64,000 bases of DNA from an uncultured Bacteroidales bacterium (GTDB lineage: Bacteria > Bacteroidota > Bacteroidia > Bacteroidales > UBA10428). The notes below the pieces were generated by a model that ran no database searches, was not told the DNA's origin, and saw only the letters and a list, made by a program, of their open reading frames with translations. The stretch covers positions 1,434 through 65,433 of the forward strand of contig CAWBNI010000015.1 of the NCBI GenBank assembly GCA_963790105.1, read 5' to 3'. Made by a program: the position numbers and the translations under genes. Of the stretch, positions 62,631 to 64,000 are shown piece by piece; the stretch's first letter is position 1, and each line of letters starts with the position of its first letter.

Positions 62631-63716
62631 CGGCGGCGGCACGGGTGGGCATATTTTTCCGGCCCTTTCCATTGCAAACGAGATCAGAAAAAGGGATCAC
62701 GCTGCCAAAATACTTTTTGTAGGCGCACTGGGAAGAATGGAAATGGAAAAGGTTCCGGCAGCGGGTTATCCGATCATTGGTTTGCCGGTGGAAGGAATAC
62801 AGCGAAAGCCCGGATTCAGAAATTTCGTGGTACTCTATAAATTGATGGTAAGTCTCGCGAAAGCAAGGCGCATAATAAAGATCATTCAAACCCCAGGTGG
62901 TTATTGGCGTGGGTGGATATGCCAGCGGTCCCCTGCTCAGAATGGCCGCCCTGAGAAAAATACCGACAGTGATCCAGGAGCAGAATTCCTATGCCGGGGT
63001 AACGAACAGGTTGCTTGCCCGCAAGGCGGCTAAAATCTGTGTCGCCTACGCCGGAATGGAAAAGTACTTTCCTGCTGAAAAGATTGTGCTTACCGGCAAT
63101 CCGGTGCGCGAGGAAGTCATTCATCACTGATGTGAAACTTTCGGAAGCTTCCGGTTTCTTCCAGCTATCCGGCAACAAACCGGTATTACTAATTCTTGGT
63201 GGAAGCCTGGGTGCCCGTACGATTAATAACAGCATCCTGGCCGGCATCAGGGAACTGGAAAATGCCGGCATTGAAGTATTGTGGCAAACGGGAAAGTTGT
63301 ATTACAACCGCATCCAGGAAGCTATCGCACCCATGCAACTGAAAAACATCCGGTGCCTCGATTTTATTAATCGCATGGACCTGGCCTATACACTTGCCGA
63401 CGTCATCATTTCCAGGGCTGGTGCAGGAACCATTTCAGAATTGTGCCTGGTGGGAAAACCGGTGATCCTGGTGCCATCGCCCAATGTGGCAGAAGACCAC
63501 CAGACGAAAAATGCAATGGCCCTGGTACAGCAGCAGGCTGCCCTTATGATCACGGACAAGGAAGCACCGCAGAAACTGGTGAGTGAGGCCCTGTCTTTAA
63601 TGAATAATGAAGAGCTGAAAATTTCCCTGGGGAAAAATTGCAAAAAAATGGCACTTCCCGGTTCGGCTTCTAAAATAGTGGACGAAATCATGAAACTGAC
63701 AGCACAAGGTGATTAA
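62608..63716 (+). CDS. murG: Lipid II GlcNAc transferase; two indels
   Basis: [46 protein letters not shown]. Confidence 0.97.
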
Positions 63717-64000
63717 TCTGGATAACATAAAACAAGTCTATTTCCTTGGAATAGGAGGTATCGGCATGAGTGCCCTTGCCCGCTATTTCAAAGCAAGTGG
63801 AATGCAGGTGGCTGGTTACGACCGCACCTGAGACAGAATTAACCCTTTTACTTGAAAAAGAAGGAATTGCCATTCATTATGAGGATGACATCCATCTCAT
63901 CCCTGCCCTGTTCCGGTCTCCACAAAATACACTGGTTGTTGTAACTCCTGCTGTACCGTCAGATCATTCGGAACTGGTTTGGTTCAAATCTCAGCATTTT
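63709..64000 (+). CDS. murC: UDP-MurNAc:L-Ala ligase (5' part, runs off the window)
   Basis: VYFLGIGGIGMSALARYF...VAGYD from GTG 63709. Confidence 0.93.

Noticed and set aside
5697-64000. Widespread frameshifts read as pseudogenes or programmed frameshifting
   Set aside because: They also hit essential genes (ftsI, murE, murD, murG, murC) and mfd, with intact motifs on both sides of each break. Uncorrected long-read indels are the simplest explanation, though a real lesion in an accessory gene cannot be excluded.

Overview
Chromosomal segment of a Bacteroidota (Bacteroidales-like) bacterium. Evidence: 16S 3' end GGAACACCTCCTTT, TAnnTTTG promoters, T9SS C-terminal domains and a dcw cluster lacking murF. 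Single-base indels break many genes, including essential ftsI/murE/murD/murG, so I treat them as uncorrected long-read errors and have reassembled genes across them. Order: rRNA operon on the minus strand (16S-Ile-Ala-23S, 23S truncated); housekeeping and lipid genes; an orphan ectoine-type aspartokinase; a three-gene minus-strand unit; a glycan and secreted-protein region (GH78, GH30-like, two DUF362-T9SS paralogues around a beta-propeller lipoprotein, Tat-exported GH37, GH35); lysC, mfd and pit; a DUF2723 glycosyltransferase; two tandem small secreted 31-aa-repeat proteins; a DUF3098-ECF sigma-putative anti-sigma operon; and the dcw cluster mraZ to murC. Best candidate for a new system: the three-gene unit, which encodes a secreted subtilisin carrying three tandem GxPIQQ peptides at its pro/mature junction, then a TIR-3TM-TolB-like-TPR membrane receptor whose TIR domain the ORF track misses, then a translationally coupled serine hydrolase. 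Second: an exact TGAACC-N14-GGTGTAC motif shared by the ECF operon and the DUF2723 gene. All family calls come from motif recognition by eye; no searches were run.
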